The notes below the pieces were generated by a model, which had not been told where the DNA came from, ran no database searches, and saw only the letters and a list, made by a program, of their open reading frames with translations. A stretch of 64,000 nucleotides of DNA from Craspedostauros australis (lineage: Eukaryota), in contig JALAGF010004161.1 of NCBI GenBank assembly GCA_030167865.1, forward strand, positions 1 to 64,000. Direction: 5' to 3'. Positions within the stretch are counted from its first letter, which is position 1; every line of letters starts with the position of its first letter. The translations under genes and the position numbers were made by a program. Shown piece by piece: positions 45,574-57,608 of the stretch.

Positions 45574-48267
45574 TTGATGACGATTGATGTTGCTGAGGTA
45601 TGAGGATGGTCCAGGTACAAATGAAAGAATCTCATCCATGGGCACGTAATTGCCTTCGAAGTAGGGCAGATGCTCATACCTCATTCGTTGATCACATAGA
45701 ACACTCTGGTCAGACCAGAGGAGAGTAAGTATGGTAGGCAGGCGTTTGACTCTCCTTCCCCATACTTACGCAGTACTTTCCCTTGGGTTGATTGAAGAGA
45801 TCGGAATGGAAAAGGAATGAAGGCCATGGGCAGCTGGAGATGACCTTGGTGATCAGGGAGGGTGGGTAGATGTGGTTGCGGAGTTGCACCTGCCGAAGTG
45901 CTGTGACCTCCAACAGTCATGATTCATTCCATCCCACTGCCGGTTGGACTTCTTGTGCAGACCAAGATCACGCTGATGCACCGTGTCGGCATGGATGACC
46001 GGAAGCTGGATGGGGGGGCTTTGGTGGAGTGGCAAGCCTTCCTTGCGAGAGGGAATCTTGATGGGACGCGCAGGCAATACCCGAAGCTCAAAGGACATGC
46101 CACAGAATGCCATGCCTTGCGGTGCTGGCGCGTGCAGGAATCTGTTCTGGAACGCATCGATGCGCACAGCATTGGACCAACGCTTGTGGCAGAACACGGA
46201 AGACCCTTGATTGCACAGCCCGTCCCAAGCGAAACGTGAAAAGCAGAAGAGGCATTTAACGAGCGCATGATGTCGTCATCCGCATTCGGGATGCAGTCTT
46301 GGAGCCCCTGGGCCCACGATTCATTGTGCTTGTCGCAACGAATGAGAGCCAAAAGCGCGAAGAGCTTGGATTTGAAAATGGTTCAACCTTGCGTTGACAG
46401 CGCGTCTGACACCGGCGGAGCCTTATCGGCGATGTCGCTGTTGTTGTTGTCATTGCTGTTGCTGCGTGGTGGGGTCCAACCACCTTTTGTGTTCGTCGGT
46501 TGTGCAGAGCATGTGCACACGTGAAGTGTGAAGTGGTGTACAATCGCCATCGTTCGTGCATGTGCGAAACAGCGACTATCGCATGCAATACATGGTTATC
46601 ATCATGATGATGTTTGGCTCGCGAGGCAAGACATCGAGATAGAGGAGAGAAGGGTGAGGCTCCGCTTCTCGCCTTCCTTGTTCGTTGAACGGGTTCTGGC
46701 TCCTCCGCCGATTCACAAATGCCCCGCTTAGTTATTGGGCTCTTCTACGGCGCTCGACAAGTGTTCGGCACGATCGTGGGTCTTTGTGGATGACAGCGTT
46801 GTCGAGGCCAACGAGGCACTGCCATGTCTGGCTTTCGGTTGAAGATGGTCATGGCATCCGACATGCCAGATGCAACGACTCGCGAATGGATCATCTGTCA
46901 TGACCAATTTGAACACCGATACAGCGACTTGACACTTATGGAGGACATGAAGTGCCTTCACACGAAGGTCACGCTGTGTTCGACACTCCGTTTCTGCTGC
47001 GTTGCTGTCGTTTGTCTTCAACCACCGATTTGTCGGCTATGTTTTGTGAGGCTGTGACGTCGTGAAGAGACATAACCCCCGTACTAGTCACAGACATCTT
47101 GTGGATTGAGTCACTATCGAATAAAATGTGCCAGAGTATATGCCCGTGGGTACCGCATTGGGAGTTGGATCGTCTTCTGTTGATGCCAACACTTATCCTC
47201 TGTGCGCAAAGGTCATTTACGACCAAGATTCAATGCAAGACCGCTTGCCACCTTGGTGGTTGTTGCGTGCTTGTGTGGTTTTGTGTCAACTGCGATGCGT
47301 GGTGTGTTGCGTGTTGGTCGTGGGCGCGATGATGGCGGCACAGACGCCGCACAACGGGAGAGATGCGACGTGAACGAACCATCACCGCACCGAGAGCAAG
47401 AGAGCAACAGAGAACACGGGTCGCCAAAAGGTGGAACTGAACAGAAGAGGATAAAAACGACTGCTTTATGAGCTCCGTGGTGCTACCACGATGGTGTGGT
47501 GATCGTACAGTGCGGCCTATTCGTAGTCTCTCTGTTTGTTTTGTGTCGTTTTGTTTGTGCAGACAGAACCAATGCTTCACTGCATCACGCTCCACCACGG
47601 TGCGGACCAGCCCGCACATCACCGAAGCTGTCGCATGTGCACAATTGAAGCATAAACACAAGCGACCACGCCACAATACCATCAACATTAACATCAATCG
47701 CAATCGCAATAGCAACAGCAATACACCATCAAGAACCGAAGGGCTTGCATGAGTGGACTCGTACAATTTCATCCATCACAGTAACATTACAGCCAACATT
47801 ACAGCCACCCTCCTTCAACACCTCTGTTTGCCAGCGCCGACAACATCCACAGCCCATAAACACTTGACTCGAGAACAAGATAAGCAACAAGATAAGCAAC
47901 AACCATCACGACAACAATTGAGCAACCACTTCGAGAGGCACCAGCGACAACCATCATTATCTTCACGCACAAAACGGTCACTTGGCAATCTCACGAACAG
48001 AGGCCAGAAAGAATCAGAAACAACTTCTCTTGGTGTCGAACCAACTGCGAAGGTCCATCGATCCTACTGCTGCTCTGCTGATACTGCAGCACTCGTTGCG
48101 CCAACCTCCTGTCGTTCTTCCGGTCCAGACTTTGTAGCCACAACACCCAGAGCAACCTCCAGAGCACAGCCCATCAACCCATCGACCCATCAGTCCATCG
48201 ATCACAACACAATACCATACCATACATTCCACACAACACAATCAACACAACACAATCAACAGACACC

Positions 48268-49356
48268 ATGGGAGGACTGAGAAACAGAAGCATCCGAAGC
48301 TGCAAGATCGTGCGCTTCGCAGAAGACCTGCATGACTACTCAGAACCAGACCCCAACTTCGTGCTGACCTGGGAGGTGATCGAGGACGTCTGGTGGCAGC
48401 CGGAGGACTTCCACTCCTTCAAGGTCTCCGCCAAGATCCTCGCGGACGAGGCCATCGAGAAGGGCATCTGCAGGTACCTCGACCGCAACTACGGCCACAC
48501 CGACGACAAGACGCAGAACGCGCTCAACCTCTGGGCCAAGTGCCGCGTCACGCGCCGCGGCCTCGAGCGCTTCATCAACAAGGAGTACGCGCAGCGCAGG
48601 CTCGACACCAGGCAGCGCACCATCCAGGCCGTGCTCTACGCGCAGGAGCAGCTGCACGAGGAGATCCACTGCGGCGACGTCGACCGCGCCATCGAGGTCA
48701 TCCGAAGCGTCGCCGTCACCGTCTCCGCCGAGTGCCAGGTCTTCGCCAACATGATGGCCAAGGCCGACGCCTCCGCCGGAGCCCTGCGCGTGCGCAAACG
48801 CCAGAAGCCCGCGGTGCGCGACAACATCAGCGACATCACCAACCCGCAATTCCAGAACACCTCCGTCACATCGCAGACCTCCATCAGCAGCAGCCGCGCC
48901 CGTCCCACGCCCGCCAGAAGGCGTGTGCGACGCGCCAGCAGCGGCTCCTCCGTCTCCGAATCGCATTCGTCGCGCTCCAGATCCATGCATGCGCAAGACT
49001 TTGATGACACCGCCACCGTGCAATCCAGTCTCACCAACGTCACAGATATCTCCAAGCCGCGCGCCAAGACATCGACCAAGTCCCAACGGCTTCCACCCAG
49101 ACGGACGCGAAGCAGACGCTCGTCTGCGAGGTCGTCCGCACCAACAGCAACGACAACATCCTCGTCGTCGCAGCCTCTGCCAACACCCAGCACGTCACCA
49201 GCCGTCGCATCCGTTCCAACGACGCAGCAGCCAGCGCACAAGAAGGTCTCCAAGTTTTCATCACCGCCATCACCGACCATGTCGCAGCCGGTGTCGGTCT
49301 GTTCCGATACGTCAGGCAACACGGGACGCAATCTGCCGACCGTCATTCAATTTTAA
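48268..49356 (+). CDS. Diatom 'VRF...WW...RGLE' family protein of unknown function with Ser/Thr/Arg-rich tail
   Basis: IVRFAE..VWWQPEDF..TRRGLERF..IQAVLYAQ..MAKADA pattern; very high GC3. Confidence 0.85.
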   Translation: MGGLRNRSIRSCKIVRFAEDLHDYSEPDPNFVLTWEVIEDVWWQPEDFHSFKVSAKILADEAIEKGICRYLDRNYGHTDDKTQNALNLWAKCRVTRRGLERFINKEYAQRRLDTRQRTIQAVLYAQEQLHEEIHCGDVDRAIEVIRSVAVTVSAECQVFANMMAKADASAGALRVRKRQKPAVRDNISDITNPQFQNTSVTSQTSISSSRARPTPARRRVRRASSGSSVSESHSSRSRSMHAQDFDDTATVQSSLTNVTDISKPRAKTSTKSQRLPPRRTRSRRSSARSSAPTATTTSSSSQPLPTPSTSPAVASVPTTQQPAHKKVSKFSSPPSPTMSQPVSVCSDTSGNTGRNLPTVIQF

Positions 49357-49595
49357 ACACAAGAGAGCAATCGTGGCTCTTACTCTAAACTAACCTGCTA
49401 CATTTTTGAAACATTTTTGTTGCACTCAATGTATTACACGTAATGTCCATCATGGTGACCTCTGTTAAGGCATGTTACAGTATAATATGATGTAATAGTA
49501 GGATAGTATCCAATCAAAGAGACGAGCGGACATTCCTTAGGGTGCTGCGGCAATCTCGTGCAGCAGGGGCAGCGCGGATGCGACTGTCTGGTGGT

Positions 49596-51290
49596 CTATT
49601 TGGCGACATCTGCTGGAGAAGAGACGACCATGGAGGGCACAGTCGAAGCAACAGTGTCGGCAGCAACATCGTCATCGGCAGCACCCATCAGCTCCGGCAT
49701 GCTGCTTTGCAAACGGGCCAAGTCGCGCTGATTCACGAGGCTTCGAGCCGGGACGCAGTGAATGGCCGATCCGACCAGAAGCATGGATTGTTCGAGCTCT
49801 TCGATCGGTTTCGTATCGCCGCGACGGGCAGCCGCCATCACGTCATCCTCGAAGCGGTGAGTCGCGCACACGAAGATGTGCAGCACGCACCGCTCCATCG
49901 GCGACGCACCGTTCAACGTTTCCAGTAGGTGGAAGGCATCCTGCTTCATTGCGGCAATGTCCGGTTGCGTGGCGGGCGCGCCTGCCAGAATATCTGTCTT
50001 GGATCTGTACTGCCACGGCTCTTGCGTACGGATGGACGTGAGACGCAACGGGTCGTGCTTCGCGATACCTTCCCCGAGCTTCTTGGGGAGGAGCGTGAAG
50101 TGGGGCCCGGTCGTTGCGGCAGATGCCGTGTTGTGCTGATCTCCGGCCACGCAAGGCGCGATGGATGGTCCCGGCGACGAGGTAGCTGGTTGCGTCCTTG
50201 TCTTCTTGGCACGTGCTTCGTTTGCCGTGTCACGGCCGGGTTTCCGCTTTCGCATTGCCTTTGTGGCTTGCTCCTCTTCCTCTTTGATCAGATCCATGCA
50301 TGGCTCGACCATGAACTTCATGACACGGATCCTACAATGGAGATATTCGGACGGATCCGGAGACTTCAGATGGTCTACTGGGACTTGATACCGGACCAGT
50401 AGACGCATCAGGTCCTGCATCAGCTTGACTTCCTGCGTCAAGTCGCCGGGCTGCAGATTCAACTCCTTCTCAACCTGGTGTTTGATCTCGATGGTGCAAA
50501 CACCGAACAACGGAGTTTCTCGCCGCATCTCGTGGACGGCCTCGGCGAATCGTTGTTGTTCGGGTGGCAGGGACTGCATCGCGTCGTTGAACTCCTTGGT
50601 GGTTGGTAGTTCTTCCAACACCAGCGGGATGAGAACTTCGTCCTTGTTTTGGACGATGATGGCGTGCTTGGGGTCGAGCTGACCAGAGGGCAGCATGTGA
50701 CCAACAACAAGAACGAAGAAAGAGAAGTGATGTGCGCGGGCTGAGAGCTGGTACAGCTTGGCTTCCTCTTCCTCCTCTTCAAAGCAGTGTCGCACCCATC
50801 CGTGCACGAACGTGTCTGCATTCAGCTCGACAGTCGTCGCAGCGCTCAGCCTCAAGGACAGCTTGTGCTTCTTGTCTAACTTGCGGCGCATGGTTTCAAT
50901 GTGTTGCACGTTGCCGTCGCAATCCTTGCTCTGGATGCTCAGAAAACCTTCTGGCGCATGGCCGAGACGTTTGATTGTTTGGTGGAAAGGCCTCGGTGGC
51001 GGGTTCAGCAACTTGGCATTGTGATGTCTCAAGAACTCGTCCTTGTCAGCCTGTGCGGCCTCTTTGTCAATCGCTGCAGCAAGTTGATCCGAGTCGGAGC
51101 CTTGTGCGAAAGAGCGGATGACAAATGACGAATCACAACCATGCGGCGGCAACGGAGAGTGAGGAAGATGACGAGTGTGAGATGCTGCCGTCCACCATCA
51201 TGAGTGGGTATGCATAATCGCTCTTCATGTTGACTTACCGCTTTGGCTGGACGGCGGACCTTCAAGGTGATTGCGCGGAGAGTCCGCCAT
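49596..51290 (-). CDS. Conserved algal/stramenopile hypothetical protein; probable exons 51290-51239 and 51100-49596
   Basis: Long ORF with motifs LSARAHHFS, IIVQNKDEVLIPL, QQRFAEA and AFHLLETL..LHIFVCATHRF..PIEELEQS. Phase-1 intron 51238-51101 (GTAAGT...CAAG) supplies an ATG. Confidence 0.72.
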
Positions 51291-52780
51291 GGCTAGTGCT
51301 GTTCTGTTGCTCGGCTTTCGAGCTTTTCGGCTTGCTGCTGTGTCAAGACGTCTGTATCCAGATGCCTGTGTCCAGATTTGTGTGTTTCGATGAGCGTTGC
51401 TTTTTTGTGTGAGTCCAGGGGCGACTGTTCTTCGTTCCCATCGTTTGCCAAATAAGTCTCTCTCTCTCTCTCTCTCTCTCTATCTGCTACCTGCTGTTGG
51501 CGTGTACGTAGGTATGGGTAGGTGTGTTGCTTGGCTCTGCACCGGGAACGACTCATCTTTGGCCGCACTCTGCGTGTTGCTTGGGTTTGCGTTGAGAACG
51601 GCTCATCTTTGATCGCACCCTGTGAGAGAGTGGTTGGTCCAGCCTTCTTGAAGTGTCCACACGAACGAGAACTGAATGAGAACTGATTCGAGTATTCACG
51701 AATGAAGCCAACTATTGAGTCATGTCAGTTGTGTATGCGGTAATTTATAAATACATTATATTTTACTCACTATTGTTTGTCGTGACTTACTGACGACGCT
51801 TATACTTTATACGTGACAAATAGTAAACGCATCCGTACACTAGTCCATACCAGTCTAGAGATTTGTACTTCTCAGCGGATAGGTCTACTCGACAGGGAGT
51901 AATCATAAAAAAGTTTCTCAAGAAGCAAGCCACAAGAGAAGAATGCAATGAAACTCTCTTTCCCGTGCTCCTCTATCTCTCTCTGGAGGCAGGGTGGGTA
52001 TCGAAGGCGAGCAGCAGCATGTCAGATCTATCCTTGTCAAAGTCTCTTTGCCGAATGTCAACATCCAGACGTATCCATTCAAACATGCCATGCGCCACAT
52101 ATGACTTTACACTGGGCGGGCGCGCCAGTTGCATTGCAGATCTCTGGCGTCATGGTTGTGAAGTTGTACATACCAGCGCTCCATCACGCTCTTGTGTTTG
52201 CAACAAAGACGATGTGGTTGTCGTCACGCCCGTTTATTGTCCATACGTAGGCCGCATTCGCGACGCTGCAGACAAGTTCATCGCATCATGGTCGTTTGTA
52301 CAATCGGTGGACTGCAAGGGCATACTGTGCCATACTCTCATGAGATTGCAGCCAGTACGAATAACGCAGGCCTGCTGAGATGACTTGTACACAATAGCGC
52401 GAGGGGATGACAAATGGTTGTTGAAGCCGGCTGGCACACCGCGCAACGCTGCAAAGAGAAGGAAGGAATTGTGGCAGTGCTAGACTCCACACATACTCCA
52501 ACACAATCTAGGCTGGCCCTGACGTTGCGGAGCGATGAAAGTGCACGTTTGTCTTGTAATTGGACCGCACTACTTGATGATTGTATTCTATGGTTGTATA
52601 CTGGTACAGTCCTGTCTTGCATTGCTGTTTCTGTGTTGGCGTCTACGGGTCTATTGTTGAGTGTGGCATCTGCAATCGCTTCGCTTTGCATTGTTGAGCG
52701 ACACTTCGCGCCTTACGCCCATGCATACAAGACGGCAATCGCATGGCGCGACATTGAGACAGCGCCCCCAAAACTCTTGC

Positions 52781-54673
52781 CTACCAAACAAAATAGGCAT
52801 CGGAGGCGCCGCGCCTTGAACCACCGCCACCATATGGGCTCGTGCTGCGATACTTCGACTTCTCCTTGCGCTTCTGCTCTTCTCGCGTTCCGCGTTCGAG
52901 GAGCTTCGTGCAGACGTTGGCAAGGTGGGAGTCGTTGCGTTGCGCCGCGATGCGCTGGAAGAGACGGAACGAGCTCATGGCCTTGACGTCGTCCAAGGAG
53001 CCGAACAAACGGCGCAGCGTGTTGCCGTTCTCCAGCTGTTCGAGGATGGCCTCGAGCATCGTGAGGTAGTTGGTGCGCAGGTTGACGCCGCGACGGTACT
53101 TGTCGTCGAGGAAGGCATGGGCGGCCTCGTCCGTGCGCAGGCAGTAGCGGCGGTTCATGACGGAGCCGCGTTCCACGCCGTCCACGATGTATGGCGCGGT
53201 GGGGATGACGAACCAGAACCAGCAGGATTCCTTGTGGCCCTCGTTGATCTCCTGCAACGCGTCCTCAAAGACCTCCATCTGCGGAATGACGAAGCGCTCC
53301 ATGAGATCGTGCGGGTCGTCATCGGGGTCGGACTCGTCGTCGGTGTAGGAGTCGCGGTGGTGGCTGCTGAGGGACGGCGAGTCGTCGTCCGATGATCTGA
53401 CCTTCTTGTGCGACTTGCGGCCACCGCGCGGCGATTTGGAACTGATGCTGGATCTGCCACGCCCAGAAGGACTGTCGGCCTTGCTGCCGGATGAGCGCCG
53501 GCGCGAGCTGCTGCGCTTGGAGGAGCGCTGGCTGTCGCTGAGATCCGGAGAGTCGGTGCGCTCACGTCCGTTGTCAGAGTCGCCGTCGTCGTGGCGATTG
53601 CCATGCTTGCTGCCGGATATGGTGCTGAAGAAGGTTTTGAGGATGGACTTGGTGCCCGACTTGGAGCGTCGCAGCTGCGTCTTGTCGGATCGTTTGTTCT
53701 TGTCAAACGGCGACAGGGATTGGCTCGATGTGTGCTTCAACGCGTGGGTTCGCGCGTGCACCATGGAGGGGACTGAGCCTGATGATGGTGATGACTTGAC
53801 ATAGTCCTTCATCAGCGTCTGCTTGAAGGGGCGACGCGGGGTGGACAACATCTCCTCGGTCTGGTCAGGTGTTGCGGCCTCCTTCTTGCGTCGTTCAGGT
53901 GTCCGGGCACGTCCGCGTCCGCGTTCTCGTCCTCGGCTGTCGCTGCTTGCTGGTGGAGGAGAGTCTGCCTTTGGACCTTCGATGGATGAGCTTGCGTTTG
54001 GGGGTTGGGACGTTGCAGGTTGTTGATTGCCACTCGGTCCTGTCTCGCATCGTTGTTCGAGCTCCTTCTTCGTGGCAGCTTGGTCCAGGGCTTGTGAGAG
54101 GAGGCTCTTGGTATCAGCCGAAGGTTCTGGCTGACGCTGTGGTTCCTTGAGTGGTTGCTTGTCTGACTGCTTGTCTGGTGACTCCAGCTTTGCAGTTGGT
54201 CCAGCCTTGGGGCTGACGTCGCCCTCAGGTGAGGTTGAATCGGTCGATGTCCGAATATCGATGCGCGCCGATGCAGCAGCTGTTGTCGAAGATGGCTTAG
54301 ATGTGGGCTTAGATGTGGATCGAGGTGATTCTTTGTGAACGACAACCACCAAATCTTCAGCAGGACTGTGATGGTGGTTGCTCTGCTTGGTTGGCGGTGA
54401 CAGGGTCTGCGTTGTGCCGTCGCGATCGCCTTCTGCTACTTCGCCAATGCGTCTCTTGGCCTGGGGTGATGGAAGTTGCGACTTTGTGGCAATGTTGTTG
54501 CGATTGTCACGTGAAGGATCAGCCTCGGAACTTGTTGTGGGTGGTGTTGCTGTTACTTTGTGATGCTCCAGCGTTCCGGAGGTGATGTGTGGAAGGTCAG
54601 GTCCGTAAGTTGGATCGTCAATGTTCCAGCCTCCCGTACTGTGAGATTCTCGAGGGGGACCTGTCGGCGACAT
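52781..54673 (-). CDS. Disordered Ser/Arg/Pro-rich protein with C-terminal DUF1810-like domain
   Basis: DLMERFVIPQ..FEDALQEINEGHKESCWFWFVIP..RYCLRTDEAAHAFL..LFGSLDDVKAMSSFRLF. Start taken at MSPTGPP. Confidence 0.8.
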   Translation of the reverse strand: MSPTGPPRESHSTGGWNIDDPTYGPDLPHITSGTLEHHKVTATPPTTSSEADPSRDNRNNIATKSQLPSPQAKRRIGEVAEGDRDGTTQTLSPPTKQSNHHHSPAEDLVVVVHKESPRSTSKPTSKPSSTTAAASARIDIRTSTDSTSPEGDVSPKAGPTAKLESPDKQSDKQPLKEPQRQPEPSADTKSLLSQALDQAATKKELEQRCETGPSGNQQPATSQPPNASSSIEGPKADSPPPASSDSRGRERGRGRARTPERRKKEAATPDQTEEMLSTPRRPFKQTLMKDYVKSSPSSGSVPSMVHARTHALKHTSSQSLSPFDKNKRSDKTQLRRSKSGTKSILKTFFSTISGSKHGNRHDDGDSDNGRERTDSPDLSDSQRSSKRSSSRRRSSGSKADSPSGRGRSSISSKSPRGGRKSHKKVRSSDDDSPSLSSHHRDSYTDDESDPDDDPHDLMERFVIPQMEVFEDALQEINEGHKESCWFWFVIPTAPYIVDGVERGSVMNRRYCLRTDEAAHAFLDDKYRRGVNLRTNYLTMLEAILEQLENGNTLRRLFGSLDDVKAMSSFRLFQRIAAQRNDSHLANVCTKLLERGTREEQKRKEKSKYRSTSPYGGGGSRRGASDAYFVW

Positions 54674-57608
54674 TTTAGTGCCTTGGGTTGTTGTTGTCTC
54701 GATTACTCTGTCGGGCTGGGTTGGGTCGATGAGCGTAGAATGCCTACAGCAGTTCTGCGTAGAGTATTTGTGTTGGTACAACGGGAACTGTGATACAGTC
54801 AAGCGCTTGTGGAGAAGGGCAGATTGGCTTTGAGCCGATTGGGGCACAAGATGAAAGGTGGAAGGAAGCCGTTGGAAACACCAGAATAATCCGAGTCCTT
54901 GCATGGAGAGAGGTTGGAACGGTATGGTACGGTACGATACCCACACTTCGTGCTCTACTCGCGTTTGCGGCAGCCACAGACTCAACTGTTGCTGAGAGGG
55001 TGGTTGATGGATACGGACAGGGGTGGTATGGATGTTGTTGCCGTTGTTGCCGTTGTCGATGCTGTTGTTCACAAGGGAGAAAAAGGAAGAAGACGATGAT
55101 GGTGTGGGTCTGCGGCTACATGCGCATGTGCGTATGTGAGCGAGTGCGGATGCGGATGGCAATGCCGCAAGTCTGCTAAATTGCGAATGTTGCTGCGATG
55201 GATGGATCAAATGGTGTGTGGTTGTCGCTGGTGCCTTGCATTCCCTCTCTCTCTCTTGCTCGCTCTCTCTTTTTGGTTTGGTCGTGTGATGATGGCTGCG
55301 ACGCGAGGTGGACTGCGAGAAGCGTTAAGAGCATGGTACTAATACTCGTACGACTACACATGTGGCACTATTCGTCCCACCACACGAACTCCTTCTCGTT
55401 TCGTGTTCTTGGCTGGTTGTGTTGCCGTGGTGGGATGGCTGACCAAGAGACACATGTTCGCACACGCAACTCGCCACGAAACGAAACTTCGAAGGCGTTC
55501 GTTCGTTGGACATGGCGTAACCACGGCGGTAACCCCGTTGTTGGCCCTGAGACAATTGCGAGGAACTTAGCGGCACTCCGTCAATTAACGCATGTCGTGC
55601 AGCACAATTAACCGCGTCGCTTTTTAGCTACTCCCACCATACACACATCATCATGGAACAGAGAAAATCTGGCACAAACTACGAAATTATCGCAAACAGA
55701 CTAACAGACAAACACATCGCTCCAGTCAAATTCGCACGCACACGCAGACGTGGTCGTCCAACACGAATTTGGTACGATCCGGACAAAAGCAATGAAGTGC
55801 TTAGCGTAGGGTAGCGTGGAATTCCACGATGTCGTTGTGAAGCCTCGCCAAGCAATATCGAATGTCCGTCACCGTGTCGTGTCTGACATCGGCTTATCAT
55901 CACCTGTTCTCCCACAAACATGTTGGTACATAGCACAACAGAGCGCCGTCGTTGTTGGATGTCGTGTGGCACAATTCGGAGGTTTGTGGGACACCGGACT
56001 AACACTGTCGCAACGGCGAAGGAAATACAGACGTGTATATCAATTGCATAAGATAGGCCTTCCTTTATATCTATTTCGCTCAATCGAAACAAGGTGAATG
56101 ATCACGACATTTAAAGCTATTAGTGCGTGCATCTTGTTTATCCCTCATTTCGTTCGTTGGTTCCAGCAACAGCCCAGACATGCAGAACGCAAGGAGCCTT
56201 TGTCCCTTCCGTGGATTCCAAACAGAAGAACAACAGAACCAGTCACAAAACGAGACAACACCAACACAACGAAGCGACACAGAGAGGAGAACAACAATCA
56301 GGACAGCAATCAGAGCGACATCAACAACAACCAAAGTGGAACAAAAGAACGAAACCCAACTCACAAGCACCAACCGTGCGCACAATGATCTCTTGCGCGT
56401 GGGAGCCAACAACCCCCGTCGGGTATCGCGTCCATGTGCTGCCCCATGCCAGCATCCACAGTCCATGGCATCAGTAACCGTATCAGCACTGACGAGGAGA
56501 GAGAGCGACAGAGAGTAAACCAGCGATCGTGTTGAAACCGGAGCAGCGAATCCACACAATCGCGTGTCCATTTCAGGTCCTCCTCATACCAAGGACAATA
56601 CGATGACGTACCCCGCATGAGGCTCTGCTGGTGTTGATGGAAGATGGAAGATGAAGACGAAATCAACACCAGGTACAGGATCTCACATGACACGACTTCC
56701 CTGCTGGTCCCTTTCTACGTAACACGAAGGTGCGACCATGGCATCGGGCGATGCTACGGGTGACACCAACTCCTCTCCTGCCTGCTCGATGCAGCTGGAC
56801 CGTTCGCGAGCGGCACCCCGAGTTGAGAACTCTCCGTTGCAACAGCGCGATCAAGCTGCACGATGGATGATGCAATCTTCCGCCTCTGCCAGAGATGAAA
56901 AGCACACCAAGACCCACCTTGGCATGACGGTACCGTTTAGCCACAAGGACGACACGCACGGAAACGCCTGGTAAACTTGGGCCAAACAGACGGCGAAGAA
57001 AAGGAGGAAGAAGCATCGCGGGTGCTCCAGACGCGCCCGAAAACGTCCATCACGGCTTTGCGATGCGCTGCGATAACGCGCATGGATGAGGCAAAGGGAG
57101 TCCACCATTGTGGGTATTCCAAGGGATTCCCAGAACAGGCATCGTCGTCCAACTTGAGGCGCGATTGAGGGAACAAGGCACAAGGATCAAAGTGCCATCA
57201 TCGCGGAGTCGTCGAAGGTGGAGGTTTCTCCTTGGAACCTGAGAGGGATGGATGCTGGTCTACGCGTTTCATACATTGCCATGACTACTACACTATACTA
57301 TACTTCATGTGCAACCAACACAGGGAATGGCGCGCAACCTTCGGAGCACTTCATGTGAAGGCACCTTCTGCCGAGCGCTGTTGGATCACAAGATGGTACT
57401 CCACATGCAAGACCCTCCATCGTGCCCCGACCGCACGGCTATGTTGAGCGCATGAGCGGAACGCAGCACAGGATCCAACTTCGGCCGACGAATCCATGCT
57501 CCACGATCAGCATCAGAGTTCTCCACACTCGTACTTCACCCCCTTCGGATGCGCGTACACGGACCGCCTAAAGCGATCACGCGAACTGCTGCTGCTTCGT
57601 CTTCTACT

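Noticed and set aside
54674-55210. N-terminal 179 aa of the 809-aa ORF
   Set aside because: Low-complexity CA-rich sequence typical of 5' leaders in this window; MSPTGPP at 54673 is the more plausible start.
56600-57230. Short plus-strand ORFs (MASGDATG..., MGQTDGEE...)
   Set aside because: Fragmentary, with no motif or consistent splice structure; cannot be supported as a gene.
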